A stretch of DNA of 64,000 bases from Camelus ferus (taxonomy: Eukaryota): positions 55,926,001 through 55,990,000 of the forward strand of contig NC_045696.1 of assembly GCF_009834535.1 (NCBI RefSeq), read 5' to 3'. Every line of letters starts with the position of its first letter. Within the stretch, counting starts at the first letter, position 1. The position numbers and the translations under genes were made by a program. Shown here one piece after another: positions 37,375 to 50,704 of the stretch. The notes beneath the pieces are model-generated. The model saw nothing but the letters and a program-made list of their open reading frames with translations. It made no database searches and was not told the DNA's origin.

Positions 37375-39854
37375 ACCATCAAACAAACGAACTCACTGTG
37401 TCACCATGAAGGGGGTGAAAACCTCAAGGAAAAGCTTCTCTAACAAAGGAAGACAGACAACAGGAGAGAATGAGGCTGCTGCTTGCCCACACGTGCACAC
37501 GTTGGATCCTCCCATCATCTCCTCAAGCAAGGAATCTGGCCACCCAAGCAACCACTGAGGATGGACAATGTTTTAGAGAATGAGTAACGTCTAATGAGCC
37601 TGCATGGCCCCCTGAAGCACCTTGTAACCATTTCCTTTACCTTTCCAGTCTCTACTTCCTTCTTGATCTCCTGGACAACAGGTAATTTGCGTGTGGGAAT
37701 TCATGCTTTGGATTTTATATGAGAGAAACTCTCCAACAGTAAGCACAGCTTAACAGGGTGATAAACTTGGAGGAAGTCCACTTTGCCTTTCTGAGTCTTG
37801 AAAGGGACTGATTGCCTTTATGAAAATAAAACAAAAAGGACTTAAGGATGTCTAGGTTTCAGTAAAGGGCTCCAGATGAGAGTCTGTATGTGAGCCTGGG
37901 AGGTCTCCACAAAATGCTCCCACTTCCTGGCATGAAGTTCTTATCTGTTGCTTCCAGATGTTTGGTACCTCACTATAACTGGTCAAAGGTACAATGATTC
38001 TCCTCTGGAGCCAGAGCCTGGTCATAGACTAGAAGCCTCTTCCCCCAGCTCCAACTTAGTGAAGCTGAGAAAGTTGACAATGAAAAAGATATTTAAACAA
38101 AACTCTTACTCCAAACCTTGAAATGCAAGAAAAAAAAATCAATGTCTAATTTTTGACTTGTATTTTTGATGCGAAGTATACTAGGAAAAGCCACACTGAA
38201 CAGACAAGCCCCCCTTCTCTTCACAGGGACTTGGTCTTCTACAAGTTCATGGTAAATCCATCATATAAAGGATACCTGAACCGTGCAATAATCATGATAT
38301 ACTTCCATAAATGAGCACCATACTGTGCAATGGGTGTTTCTTCCTCCAGTCTCAAGCCCCTCCTTTGAACAGAGGAGCTGTTAGGAGCAAACAACATCAT
38401 GGATCTCATTGAATGAGCATATTTCCTAAATTGTCTTTATTTTAAGCATGGAGCTGTAGGTGGCAAACATTTTGGCACTATTCATAATGTATTTGTATTT
38501 ACACATGTATTTGCTTACAAATAATTGCATTTGTTTACACTTCGATTCACTCATAAATGAAATGAAAGGTCTCCCCACAAAACTTCATAGCTCATTCAAC
38601 CCAGGACCTCAGAGTCCAAACAAAATAAAAACATGTATACATCATACTTTTGATTCCAAATGTTAATACCTAAATGCATACCATTACTAGCAGTAGCAAT
38701 AGTTGTAGTGCCATCATCATCAATGTCAAACTGTTTTTTTCCTACTGTGTGGCTGGCAGTCTTATCTGGTTTCTTTTTTTTTTTTTTTTTCTTGGAGTCT
38801 GAGCCTTCTGATTACTATCTTATCTTTCTATCACCTTCTCCTGGTCGTAAAAAAGCAGAAAAGAGGAAATTAAGTACAAAGCTTTTGAAATATTCTGCTG
38901 CTTTCCAGAGAGCCAGCCCAAGTATGCCAGGCTGAGATACTTACTGTCTGATGCTCAGCTCCACATATAAGTCCCACGAGGGCAATATTTCAAAGAATTC
39001 ACAATTGCCTACCAAATGCATAGCATAGAGCCCCATGGTATTTTTTCAGAAGAGATCAGCCAATGGCCAACAGTTACATGCAGCCTGACCAGGTGTAAGC
39101 TAATCCTGATGAAGACCATTTTTGCTAATGTCTGTCAGCCTCCTAAAAAGTGTCAGCCAGGTATCCCCACCATATCCTCAAAGAGGTACACATGGGCATC
39201 ACTATTCTTCCCTCACTGTCTGGCCCTCAGATTTATAGGACTTGACTCCTTGATGTGCTAGATAGGAATGGACAAGTGCACAAGGGATAGCTCCACACCT
39301 GGGTGCATATAGAACAGCTTTACTATAGAGTCTGCATAGGATATTCTCCAATATATTTGATGCCCTAGGGGAAACATGGGTTACAAAAAAAAACCCTTCT
39401 GTTTTGGCACTGTTCCCTGGCACACAGTTGTCACTTACCAAATGTTGAATGCATAAAGAAGGAACAAATTAATCTTATTGAAATGTTCAGTTTTCCAAAG
39501 CCTACAGAGATATTGCCACAGCCTAGGTATGACGCACTGGTGCGCGCGCGCGTGTTTGTGTGTGTATGTGGTGTGTGGTCATCTCAGACCCAGGCTCAAG
39601 AAACACTCACCCCACCCCTCTTAGCGGCGAGTGCACACCAAATCCTTCCTGCCAACCAAGATGCTGCTTGAGCTAGTTTTCTCATGGAAAATGCTAAGAA
39701 AGGGAAAGCAAGCTCATGCTTAGAAAAATCTATTTTGGTCTGACTGGCCACATCCTTCCTCAGTGGAAAGAGACGCGAAATGGAAAGGCCTGCAGTGGGA
39801 AATGAGAAGTGTTGGTGTAAGGAAGAAATGCTGGGCAAGGATAGAGTGGCTTAC

Positions 39855-40345
39855 CGGCCAGAGAGCAGCAGGGACAGGCGGTTAATGGGTGTCTCGCCCT
39901 CCACGGCGTAGGTCTCCTCCGTGGCCAGGGTCAAGACCTTCCCCTCACAGCAGCGCACCACCTCCCGGTACGCCGGCAGGGGCACCTGCAGGGGCAGGCA
40001 CAGCGTCTTGTAGAGGAGCTCGAACTCCTCGGGGAGGGCGTCCTCGTGCAGGCGGTACAGCAGGTGGGCCAGCTGCAGCACACAGGCCACGGCCAGCAGG
40101 ACGCTCCAGAGCACGACGTCCAGGCCGCAGGCACCGAACCAGCCCCACAGCACACAGCACAGGTAGCCCGTGCCCAGGAAGCCAAAGAGGTAGAAGCACC
40201 CGTACACCCCACTGCCCCCCATGAAGCCCAGGAGCAAGAAGCAGTGGGCCAGGTGGTAGACAGCCCCTTCCAGATCCGGCCTCCAGCCGACACACAGCGA
40301 CCCGGGCTGCAGGAGCTGGCCCACCGCACTGCCGTTACTGCTCAT
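39855..40345 (-). CDS. POPDC2: POPDC2 (Popeye domain-containing protein 2) exon 1 coding part: N-glycosylation sequon NGS, three TM segments, start of the Popeye domain
   Basis: ORF 39851..40345 MSSNGSAVGQ...YHLAHCFLLLGFMGGSGVYG...YAVEGETPINRLSLLLSGR; donor |gtaag after 39855; 491 nt, phase 2. Confidence 0.97.
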
Positions 40346-40469
40346 CTTCCCAGCGCCTCAAAGCCTGGTCGGCTCTGAGACTGTCCCCACGTGGGAAATT
40401 CAGAAAATGAATGCACCGTCCTCCCAGATGTCTTCTCACCTCCGGCTTCTCCCGTCCTGCTCCACCCTT

Positions 40470-41000
40470 CCTGGGAGGAATGCTGCCGGTAGCTGTGGGA
40501 ATGAATGGCAGAACATAGTCCACTTTGTGGAGAACTGAAAACCTTATCTTCCTCTCTCTTTGCTTCAGCAAGGCTCTGGCCCTCCCTGCAGAGCTCTGGC
40601 GAGCTTCCTTGGCTCCAGATTTCTTAGGACAGTCCACATTTGGCTCTGGGCAGGACACCTAAATTGTCCCGAGGAAAAGCCAGGACTCTGGGGCTGAAAA
40701 CTTCAGCAGCAAAGGATAATCAAGTGGCCACATCCTGCTCTCTGTTGTCCCCGAACAGAATGAAGAGAGCCCAGCACGGGAGGCACAGTTGTGCTCCATT
40801 TGGAATGCGTCTCTCTTGGCACCGGAAGAAAGGGTGACCCCAGACGGATACCATGTTTGGAATTGGAATCCAAGAGGTACTGGCAGTGAGGAAAAACAGG
40901 CCAGGCACACAGGCAGGCTGGCAGAGCACTTAACATACCTCCCCAGAGGACAAGATAAGACCTGGCGCAGAAAGACAGGCGGGGCGGGGGGCCGAGGGGG
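40470..41000 (-). promoter_or_regulatory. POPDC2: Probable POPDC2 5'UTR / proximal promoter with cardiac TF motifs
   Basis: GATA (40543-40549, 40953-40959), NKX2-5-like TCAAGTGG (40720-40727), TEAD GGAATG (40477, 40498, 40802), GC boxes at about 40978-40992. Motif matches only. Confidence 0.55.
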
Positions 41001-44000
41001 TGGACGAAGGAAAAGTGAGCACAGAATTTACCGCCACACCTTGAGCAGGACACTGTCCAGACCCCCTGGAGGGGATGGCCGGGGGCTCTCCTGAGGTAGG
41101 AGGACACATCAAGGTAGGAAAGTATGGGACTGTTAGCAGAAAAAATCCTAACAATGAGAGTTGGAAAACCCCTTGAAGGCCTTTATGAAGTCACTTTGGA
41201 AATATCAGTAGGCATTTACTTGACCTCCATTTAACAAAAATAGCTATGAAAAGCAGCTTTTTGAATTCTGACTTTCTTCTACATGTATCTGGATCTAGTA
41301 ATAGTTAATACCTTACTCAGACCATCATCCTACCCACCCTAGTATTTGCAAATTATAATAACCATCACCTATTAAACACTATGAAGTACTAGGCCTAGAT
41401 TAGGACTTTACACACATATGACTTAGTCATCACACAGCCCTTCCAAATAAATATTATCATCCTGATAGGTCCGAAAGAAACTGAGGTTTAGAGAGGTAGC
41501 AAGTTCCCACAGGTTTACGGTAAGTGGCAGAGGCAGGATTTGTTTCCAAGTCTATCAGATTTACTGCTGTGTCCCAAGTAGTTTGCAGAGTAAGTAGAAA
41601 TACAGGGCTGGATCCATGACTCCCAACCCCACTCTTCCCCCAGGAAGTCTGATGACATCCCGGAACTTCTGGATGAAACTGGGGTCTACCTCGGGTCACA
41701 AAGAAATAAATCTGGAATATGCAGACACTAAATTAAGAAATGTCCCTCTGGCTTCCAAATGACTCCTTAATTTTTTTTCCTTCCTGCTGGCTGGGAGGTA
41801 CAAGTTATCATTACTTCTACAGCCCCCAAGGTACGAGCTGGTGGGAGGCGGGGCACACAGTAACCATCCAGAACTGTTCAAGTGCTCAATCCATAGGGAC
41901 CTTCATTGTACTGCTGGTAAGCTAAATAGCATTAGTGAGAAATTAGGACTTGTCAAATATTCTGAGGAGCAGGAGCAGTACATACTGAGTGCCTACTATG
42001 AGCCAAGCGCTTAGAGAATCAAAGATTCCCAAGAGCTTTCACTCTATCAGGGGAAAGGTGTGGGAAGCACGGTACTTGAGTTAGGTTTAAGGAGAGGTGG
42101 CAGCCTAGAAGGAAGGGGGCATCGAGGAAGGAAGATGCAAGATGTAACGTGAGATCTGAGGTGTAAGGGCTGAATTAGCCAAGTAGGAAGAGGGAGAAGA
42201 GCCTTTCCAGTGGTGAGAATGGCAGAAGCACATGCACGGAGGTGTGAAAACATATGGCATGTTGAAAGAAGCTAGTATTTTTTTCTTATTTACTTACAAT
42301 CACCTGACCAACAAATGTGCATCTTATTCTCTTCTTTCTAAAATTGAAGAGGAAAAATCAACAGTAAAGGAAAAGAGTTAGAGAGGGCCTGGAGGACCCC
42401 CCCTTCTCCACAACAGCAATTTGAATGAGTGACGACATTTCAGCAGTGGATTTCGGGGATTTCCACGTGCTGCTTTTACATCACCTGCCTGCCTCCCCAC
42501 CCACTTTAGCAGGCAGCAGCTGCTCATCCCTCCACCTTAGTCATGCACCCCCTGAGCTGTCAGAGTGGCTGTCCCTGCCAGCTGTGAGCAAGGAAATCAG
42601 AAGCACAGGAACCAAGAAGCAACCAAGGCTCTGCCCAAGATAGAATTTCAAAGCAGGTCATCTTTCTCAGCAAGCCTGACCAGTGGGCTGGCCCTGACCC
42701 CTTAAAGAGACAGGCAGGCCCACTGAGTATTGTTCTCAGCCTGCCTTCTTTGTCAGTCCACATATGTGCTCATCGGAGCAGCAAGTACTAACATTTATCA
42801 AGCAGTTATTGTTTCTGCGTATCTTCCCATGATACCTTTTTTTTTTTAAAGAAGAAACAAGCTCAGAGAGGTGAAGGAACTTCCCCAAGGTGACAGAGCT
42901 AATATGTGGATAGGGGCTAAAGCCTAGGTGATGGTGACTCTAGACTATGTGTTCTCCGTGCTGTACCACCTTGCTAGGCACTTTGGGGAGTTTATACGTG
43001 TCCACATGCAGGCACATTCACTGCTACAAAGGATTTGCGTATGCTGTTGGGTAGCATTATAGGTGCACAAACCCGTCATGCTACTTGCAGTGACAGTGAC
43101 ATTGATGCCTGTGGGATAGGACCTTGGATGGGAATACAGCAATGGAAAGTTGTGTCTTGTTTGTTTTTAAAACCAGGTTGGATAGAAGAGGAAAGAAAAA
43201 CGTGTGTGTCAAAATGGTATGTTCTTGTAAGAAAAGCCACAAATATGCAGGCAGAAGCCCAGTAGAAAGTATTTGTGCAGAATAAAAGGAAATACACAGA
43301 AGTCCCATCATTTGTTGAGTTGATTCAATTCAATAAGCATCTATATAGGGCAAAGAATGTGTGCCAGGAACAGGGGATATGAAGATGAGCAAGAATTATC
43401 TATCACCTTCAAGGAACTTTCAGTCTTGTGAGGGAGGCTGACCCAGAATGAACTGCAACCCAAAAAAACAACTATACTTATTGGGCAGGTGACCAATAAG
43501 ACATAAGATGATGTGTGTGTGTGAGCTTCTGGAAAAAGTATACTCCCTGGTAGAAATGGCAAGGAGGCCTGCTCCCTTTCATCCTGGCTTGAATACAGTT
43601 GTGTGATGGTGTACTGCTTGAAGCTACCAGAGCCATGAGATATGATGGGGTTTAAAGGAAGCACTGATCGGGGAGCAAAGAATTCAGGAAAATGTCACAG
43701 GGAAGGTGACATTTAAGCTGGTCTAAAAAGATGAGTAGGTGTTCCCCAGCTAGGGGAGGGCATTCCAAGAAGGGAGAACAAAATGTGAAGTCAAGTCCAG
43801 AAGTAAAACAAAAATACATGGCATACGCTGGTAACAGAGAACAAGTTGTAGGTGAAGCAAAGGGAGCAGCAGGGCATGAGGCAGGAGAGGCCGGCCGGGG
43901 TCAGATTGTGAAGTCAGCCAGCTAAACTGCCCTGGACCACAGCTGCTCTGAGAGCTGTTACTGGTCCATGATGAGATACGGACAGAAATTGAGAGAACAT

Positions 44001-44256
44001 AGATATTTTTATACGATTTGGCAGAGAAACTTATGGCCTTTGAATTTAATGAAACTATGGGCTTGGACAGTGTATGGTAGGTTTTTCTAGAGTATATTTT
44101 TTTTAAATTTCATTTTCCTAGTATTAGTCTGTACATTGGAAAAAATTAAAGTGATTATTCACCACATGTAGTTTGAGAAACACTTTCCTAATATAGTTAT
44201 TAAAATAGAACAGAGACATGATTCTAGGCTTTGGAAACGTACCTCCAAGCTGATCT

Positions 44257-44800
44257 TAGGCAGACACTACTGATTCCTTATCCTATAGCCATTTCTCCCC
44301 TTCCCCCGGTTTATGGAACTCTGATTTTGCTTGGGCACTATGTAAAGGAGGGTGGGCTTCTCTCCCAGTTGCCAGGGCCTGAAATAAGATTGGTCAAGGC
44401 CAAGCATGATATCTTATTCTCCTCAATGGCGGTGGGTTTAAGAATGGGCATGTGACCAATGAGACATATGAGGATGTGTGTTGGGGAGCACCTGGGGAAA
44501 AGTATTCTCCCTGACAGAGATGGTAAGGAGGCCTGCTACGTTTCATCTTGGCTTAAATATAGTTATGTGACGATGTAGTGCTTGAAGTTACCACAGCTGT
44601 GAGGTAGAACAGGCCTAAGGATGAGAAGGGTAAAGAGAAAAATAGAACAAGTCCTGGTACTCGAAAGTATCACTGAGCCATTGTTTCAAACCTGGGACGT
44701 CCAACCTCCAGGCTTTACGACAGGAGATAAATTACATTTATTGCTTAAGCCACTGTAATTGGGTATTCTGATACTTGCAGCTGAATGCATTCAGATTCAG
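44257..44800 (+). mobile_element. MLT1-type LTR
   Basis: gggcatgtgaccaatgagac...ttgcttaagccactgtaattgggtattctgatacttgcagctgaatgcattc. Confidence 0.65.
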
Positions 44801-46904
44801 GTCTCCTTAAGGACTACTCTCCTGCAAACAGTTCTCTGAACATCTGCTGATTGTGTTAGTCTATGAAAACTGAACACTAGACAACTTGTTGTTTTACCAG
44901 TGATTTTCTCGCAAAAGTTTGAATAAACTGAGAGGACTGCTCCTCTAAACTCAGCTTGACCATTCAGGATATCTTTGTTCTTAAGTGAACAAGATGATTT
45001 AGTGCTAAGTTGGCCGTCTACTCAATATCCATTTACCATTTACCTCTTCCTCCTTGTAACGGAATTCCAGTTTTGTTCTGATATCTAACCTACACATGGA
45101 TCCAAGGAGGAATCCTGTTTAAGCCAATCAGAATAAGGCACTCTGCTGGCAATTATTGTTCCATAAAAATACACATAATCTAATTTGGCTCAATCAGACC
45201 AAAAAAAAAAAAAAAAGTAGTGGAGGAAACTTCATGCCTTAGGAATGGTTTCTCTCTCTTCTGCTGGACTTGAACAAGAGAGCACATGATTGGCTTCATC
45301 AGTCCTGGAAGAGAGCTCTGAGATGAAAATAACTTGAGTCTTGGATTGGCATCACTGTGCCTCTGCTTTCACTGCATCTAGAGCTTGCCCTGACCCTGGA
45401 CTTCCAGTTATGTGTTTCCCTTGATGAGGAGTTTGTAGTACTTAGCTGTCAAAAGCACCATAATCAACCCAGATGGAACTACCATTTAGCAGTATTTAAT
45501 AGCTAAAGGGGGAAACACTGGGTATAGTCATATATGCACTCTTTTCAGGAAAACATCTTGGCATCTTCATCATAGCACTGAATATTCAACTTTACATTTT
45601 CATAGTTTATACACATATATCCACCAGAAAATAAGATCTTTGAGAGGGTCCATGTCTTACTTATCTTTGTTCATTTCTTAGCACATAGTAGGCATTTAGT
45701 ATATGTCCTCAGTAAATGTTGGGTCAAACAGCCTCTCATCTCAAGGACAGGGTGCGTGTCTGATTCACACATGAATACTCAATACTTATGGCAGATCTTT
45801 GCACTTAATAAGCCTTCACTTATGTATTGAATGAATAAACAGATTTATAACTACGAATACATGTTTATATTAGACACTTAGTACAGGAAGGAACAGTGGG
45901 CTTTTGGACTTGAACTCTAATGACCAAGACTCACACCCCAGGTCACCAGATACTTGACCAGAGCATTTTCCTTAACCTGAGTGCCTGTACTCACCTGTAA
46001 AGTGGAGATTATAGTTTCTCTGCCAGCATCACACCTGACCTGTGGAAGGTGTCCTTATCCTAAGGTAGACCTTGCCTAGGGACATGGTCTTGTTCTCATT
46101 TACCTTCAAGTCAAATGTTTCAAGGTTAGACAAAAGGAACTAATTAGAAAAAAATAGTGTGAATGCATCTGTATTGAGTTTGGGGAGCCCCCTGTGAATA
46201 GCAGGGGCTTAGCAAAGAGGTATGTCAGAATGTGATCACCTATTAGGAAGCTAAGTTTTTCATTTTTCAGTTACTGTGGTGATATCTATTTTATTAGTAC
46301 CAAAATGCCACACACAATCTTTGGGAAGGCTTACACACTAGGGAAGGATGGGCAGAGGGTCTTGTGAGATTTAACTATGGCAGATGTCAAGAAGGGTGCT
46401 TTAATGCCTTTACAAATCAGGGAAGCATATTAAACTGGCAAAGATTGAAAAAATTAACCTTCCTAAGAGTTTCAGGAAATAGGCACCCTCAGGTATTAAT
46501 GTACAAATGGACACCACCTTTCTAGGTATCAGTCAGGCGGTACTCATCCAAAGCCTTGAAAACTCTGGCCTACCCTTAGTTAAATAGTTAGTAAAGACAC
46601 TTGTAAAGACTTTCCTATGGAAACTTCCACTGCTGTGTTATCATGAAGTAGCCCCCAAAAAACTGTACATACATACAGGAAGAGATAAATGACAAGGTCA
46701 CCAAAAAGTGGTCCTATGGTAGACTGGTGGGATTTCAGGTGATTGTTTTTCTTTCTTCCTTATGTTTCCATAAAACCAACCAACAAAACAAAATATATAC
46801 TTCAAAAATCAGAAATAATTTAGGTATCTGGTGTGTATCCTGTTTAAGACTGACACTCAACTACTAGAATGGTATCTAACATACAGCAAACATTCTATAA
46901 AACA

Positions 46905-48857
46905 TTTTTTTTAGATTTTTTTAATTGAAGTATTTAATAGGTTAACAATGTGTTAATTTCTTGTGTAGAGCATAGTGATTCAGTTTATATATATATATAT
47001 ATATTTTTCCCCTTTTCGTATTTTTTCATTATAGGCTTTTACAATGTATTGACTATAGTTCTCTGTGCTATACAGTAGGACCATGCTATTTATATATTTT
47101 ATATATAGTAGTTAGTATCTACAAATCCCAAACCCCCAATTTATCCCTCCACCCTCCCCTTTCCCCCCTGGTAACCACAATTTTGTTTTCTATGTCTGAG
47201 TCTGTTTCTGTTTTGTAAATAAGTTAATGGGGTTTTTTCCCCCTCAATTCCACATAGAAGTGATATCATATGGTATTTGTTTCTCTTCCTGGCTTCAGTT
47301 AGTATGACAATCTCCATGTCCACCCATGTTGCTGCATATGGTATTATTTTATTCTTTTTTATGGCTGAGTAGTATTCTATTGTATATACATACCACAACC
47401 TCTTTATCCAGTTATCTGTTAATGGACATTTGAGTTGCTTCCAAGGTCTTGGCTATTGTAAGTAGTACCATTGTGAACATTGGGGAGCATTATCTTTCTG
47501 AATTAGTTACCTCTGGATATGTGCCCAGGAGTGGGATTGCTGGATCATATGGTAAGTCTCTTTTTAGTTCTTTAAGGACTCTCCATACTGTTTTCCATAG
47601 TTGCTTCACCAAACTACATTCCTATCAACAGTGTAGGAGGATTTTCTCCACACCCTCTCCAGCATTTACCATTTGTGGACTTTTTAATGATGGTCATTCT
47701 GACAGGTTGAGGTGATACTTCATTGTAGTTTTGAGTTGCATTTCTCTAATAGTGATATTAAGCATTTTTTCATGTGCCTATTGACCATTTGTTTGTCTCC
47801 ATTGGAGAAATGCTTGTTTAGGTCTTCTACCCATTTTTGATTGGGCTATTTTTTTAAACTTTTTATTGAGTTATAGTCATTTCACAATGCTATGTCAAAT
47901 TCCAGTGTAGAGCACAATTTCCCAGCCATACATGAACACACATACATCCACTGTTACTTCTTTTTTTTTTTGCTGTGAGCTACCACAAGATCTTGTATTT
48001 CCCTGTGCTATACAGTATAATCTTATTCATCTAGTCTACATATGCCTGTCAGTATCTACAAATTCTGAACTCCCAGTCTAGCCCCCCAACTTTGGCAACC
48101 ACAAGATTGTATTTATGTATTTATGTGGTTTTTTTTTGTTTTTCTTTTTTTTTTTTTTTTTTTGGATTCCACATATAAGCGGTCTCATATGGTATTTTTC
48201 TCTTTCTGGCTTACTTCACTTAGAATGACATTTTCCAGGAACATCCAGGTTGCTGCAAATGGCATTATGTTGTCGGTTTTTATGGCTGAATAGTATTGCA
48301 TTGTATAAATATACCATATCTTCTTTATCCAGTCATCTGTTGATGGACACTTAGGCTGTTTCCATGTCTTGGCTATTGTAAATAATGCTGCTATGAACAT
48401 TGGGGTGCAGGTGTCTTTTTGGAGTAAGGTTCCTTCTGGATATATGGATTAGGCTATTTTTTTGTTGAGTTGTTTGAGCTGTTTGTATATTCTGGAGATT
48501 AAGCCCTTGTCAGTTGCATTGTTTGCAAATATCTTCTCCCATTCTGTAGGTTGTCTTTTCGTTTTGTTTAGTTTCTTTTGCTGTGCAAAAGCTTGTAAGT
48601 TTAATTAGGTCCCATTTGTTTATTTTTGCTTTTATTTCTATTGCCTGGATAGACTGCCCTAGGAGAACATTGCCAAGATTTATGTCAGAGAATGTTTTGC
48701 CTATGTTTTCTTCTAAGAGGCTTACAGTGTCTTGTCTTACGTTTAAGTCTTTAAGCCATTTTGAGTTTATTTTTGTGTATGGTGTGAGGGAGTGGTCTAA
48801 CTTCACTGATTTACACATAGCTGTCCAACTTTCCCAACACCACATGCTGAAGAGGCT
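46905..48857 (-). mobile_element. 5'-truncated artiodactyl/camelid L1 (ORF2 C-terminal fragment plus 3'UTR), containing a nested younger L1
   Basis: ORF 48510..48845 (CWESWTAMCKSVKLDHSLTPYTKINSKWLKDLNVR...[18 protein letters not shown]) is L1 ORF2; probable TSD aacattt at 46901 and 48858. Confidence 0.92.
47856..48446 (-). mobile_element. Younger L1 3' end inserted inside the older L1
   Basis: ORF 48185..48400 [20 protein letters not shown] is the L1 ORF2 end; TSD gattgggctattttttt (47839-47855) and gattaggctattttttt (48447-48463). Confidence 0.88.
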
Positions 48858-50296
48858 AACATTTGTTTAGTGACTGAATGTACAGATAAGGAATTGGTTA
48901 AATTATAATAAGCCATGGAATGCATTTACACACAGCCAATACAACACAGACTATAGAATTATACTCACAGGTGGTAAAATACATTAAAGGAAAAGGCAAT
49001 TATGATCTCATTAAAAATATGAAGCATAGAAAAATGATAATTATTTTTTGTTTTAAAAAGCGTATAAATGCATAAGAGAAGTCTGGAAAAACATACATCA
49101 AAAATTAACATTGGGTGATAAGGTTAGGGATTTTTTCTTTCCTTTTTGTAGTCCCAGGACATATTCAAGCAGAATCTAGATAACCATCTGCCAGGGATTT
49201 GTATTGGGTGGGAGGGTGGTTCGTATCATCTGTCTTAGGGAGATTCTATTCTTCACCCTAGAAAAATGCTCTGAAAACTATAAAGTGCTTACTAAACTAA
49301 ACCATATCCAAATAAATATTAAAGTGAAAATAAGAATATAGAATCAAAGAATTAGTGAATGTTAATGTTAAATGCTAGAAACTGTGCCAAATGCTTTATG
49401 TACACCATTTTAATGAATACTCACCATGTTGTAAGTTAGGCATTACTACTATCCCAGTTTCCTTCTAGATGAGAAAAGCAGACCCAGAGGGGCTGATCTG
49501 CTTGGGATCACACAGCCAGGTGCTGTCTCACACCTCAAAGCCGTGCTGTTAACTAGGAAGGAATCCTAAGAAATAATTTAGTTCAGCTCCTTTAAAAGAG
49601 GCAGTGTTCCAATCATACAATAACACATGAACCCTACATAATTCTCTTGTTTATGTTCCTCAGTCGCTTTTGTTGATGAGATTTAAAACTCAATTTACTT
49701 AAAGACAGAAAACAACCAATTGCCTCCTAGCCTATCCGCAGCTAATAGGACCACAGGGTTGCACAGTAAGTGAACCGCACTGTATGTTCTACTCCAGGTG
49801 TCACTACAGCATAGCGTTGAGCTATTAGTGACTTATTTGTATAAATCCAGCCTCTGGCCTGGGCCAGCTTCTAATTAATGAGAACTGTTTGGCCCCTAGG
49901 CATTAAACTTATGGTGTGTAACCATCTACACATTAATCATGCCAGACGGTTGAGATCTTCCAAGCCAAGGCACCCTGATGTGGTTCAAAATCTAAACAAA
50001 TTACTTTCCCAAAAGACAGAACTATAAAGAACAACAATAATGATTTAAAATATTAAAATGGAAGGCTTGTCCAGTTCTTGCCTTTAAGAAAGTTAAAAAT
50101 AAAAAACAAAACCTTGAATGAGATGATTTGACTACATATTCATTCTAAATTGATAAAGGGTTATTTTCTTACTTCCACGTACCTAAGATTTCATTGGATG
50201 AGATCAGTTATCTTCTTTCTCCTTAAAAAAATATCCCGAGTTCTCAGAATGACACAAGAACATAAGAAATTCGTATTATAAGATTTGTTTATACTA

Positions 50297-50626
50297 CAGA
50301 TGTCTCTCGGTACTCTAGGCGATTGGTTCCAGGATCCCCTGTAAATACCAAAATCTGCGCTTGCTCAAGTCACTTATATAAAATGGTGTGATATTTCTAT
50401 ATAACCTAAGCACATCCTCCTATATACTTTAAACCATCTCTAGATTCCTTATACCTAATAAAATGTAAGTGTTATGTTAATAGTTGTAAATACAATGTAA
50501 ATGATTTGCAAATAGTGGAGAAAGCAGCAAACTCAAGTTTTACTCTTTGGAACTTTCTGGAATCCCCTCCACAGACAGTTTTGATCCAAGGTTGGTTGAA
50601 CCTGCAGATGCAGAACCCATGGATAT
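50297..50626. mobile_element. MER2-like TcMar-Tigger element
   Basis: gattggttccaggatcccc...ataccaaaatc...gctcaagtcacttatataaaatgg...ggttggttgaacctgcagatgcagaacccatggata. Confidence 0.8.
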
Positions 50627-50704
50627 CCTTTAAGACAAATAAATAAATAAACGCCACATGAGGATGTGAGGAACACAAAAAGAAACACACCTGAAGATTT
50701 CTGA

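Noticed and set aside
39889..40378. Several long overlapping ORFs (110-132 aa) on both strands over POPDC2 exon 1
   Set aside because: Expected from stop-codon depletion in very GC-rich coding sequence; the translations are unrecognisable.
47141..48870. ORFs as host genes or an active L1
   Set aside because: 5'-truncated, frameshifted L1 ORF2 and 3'UTR remnants.
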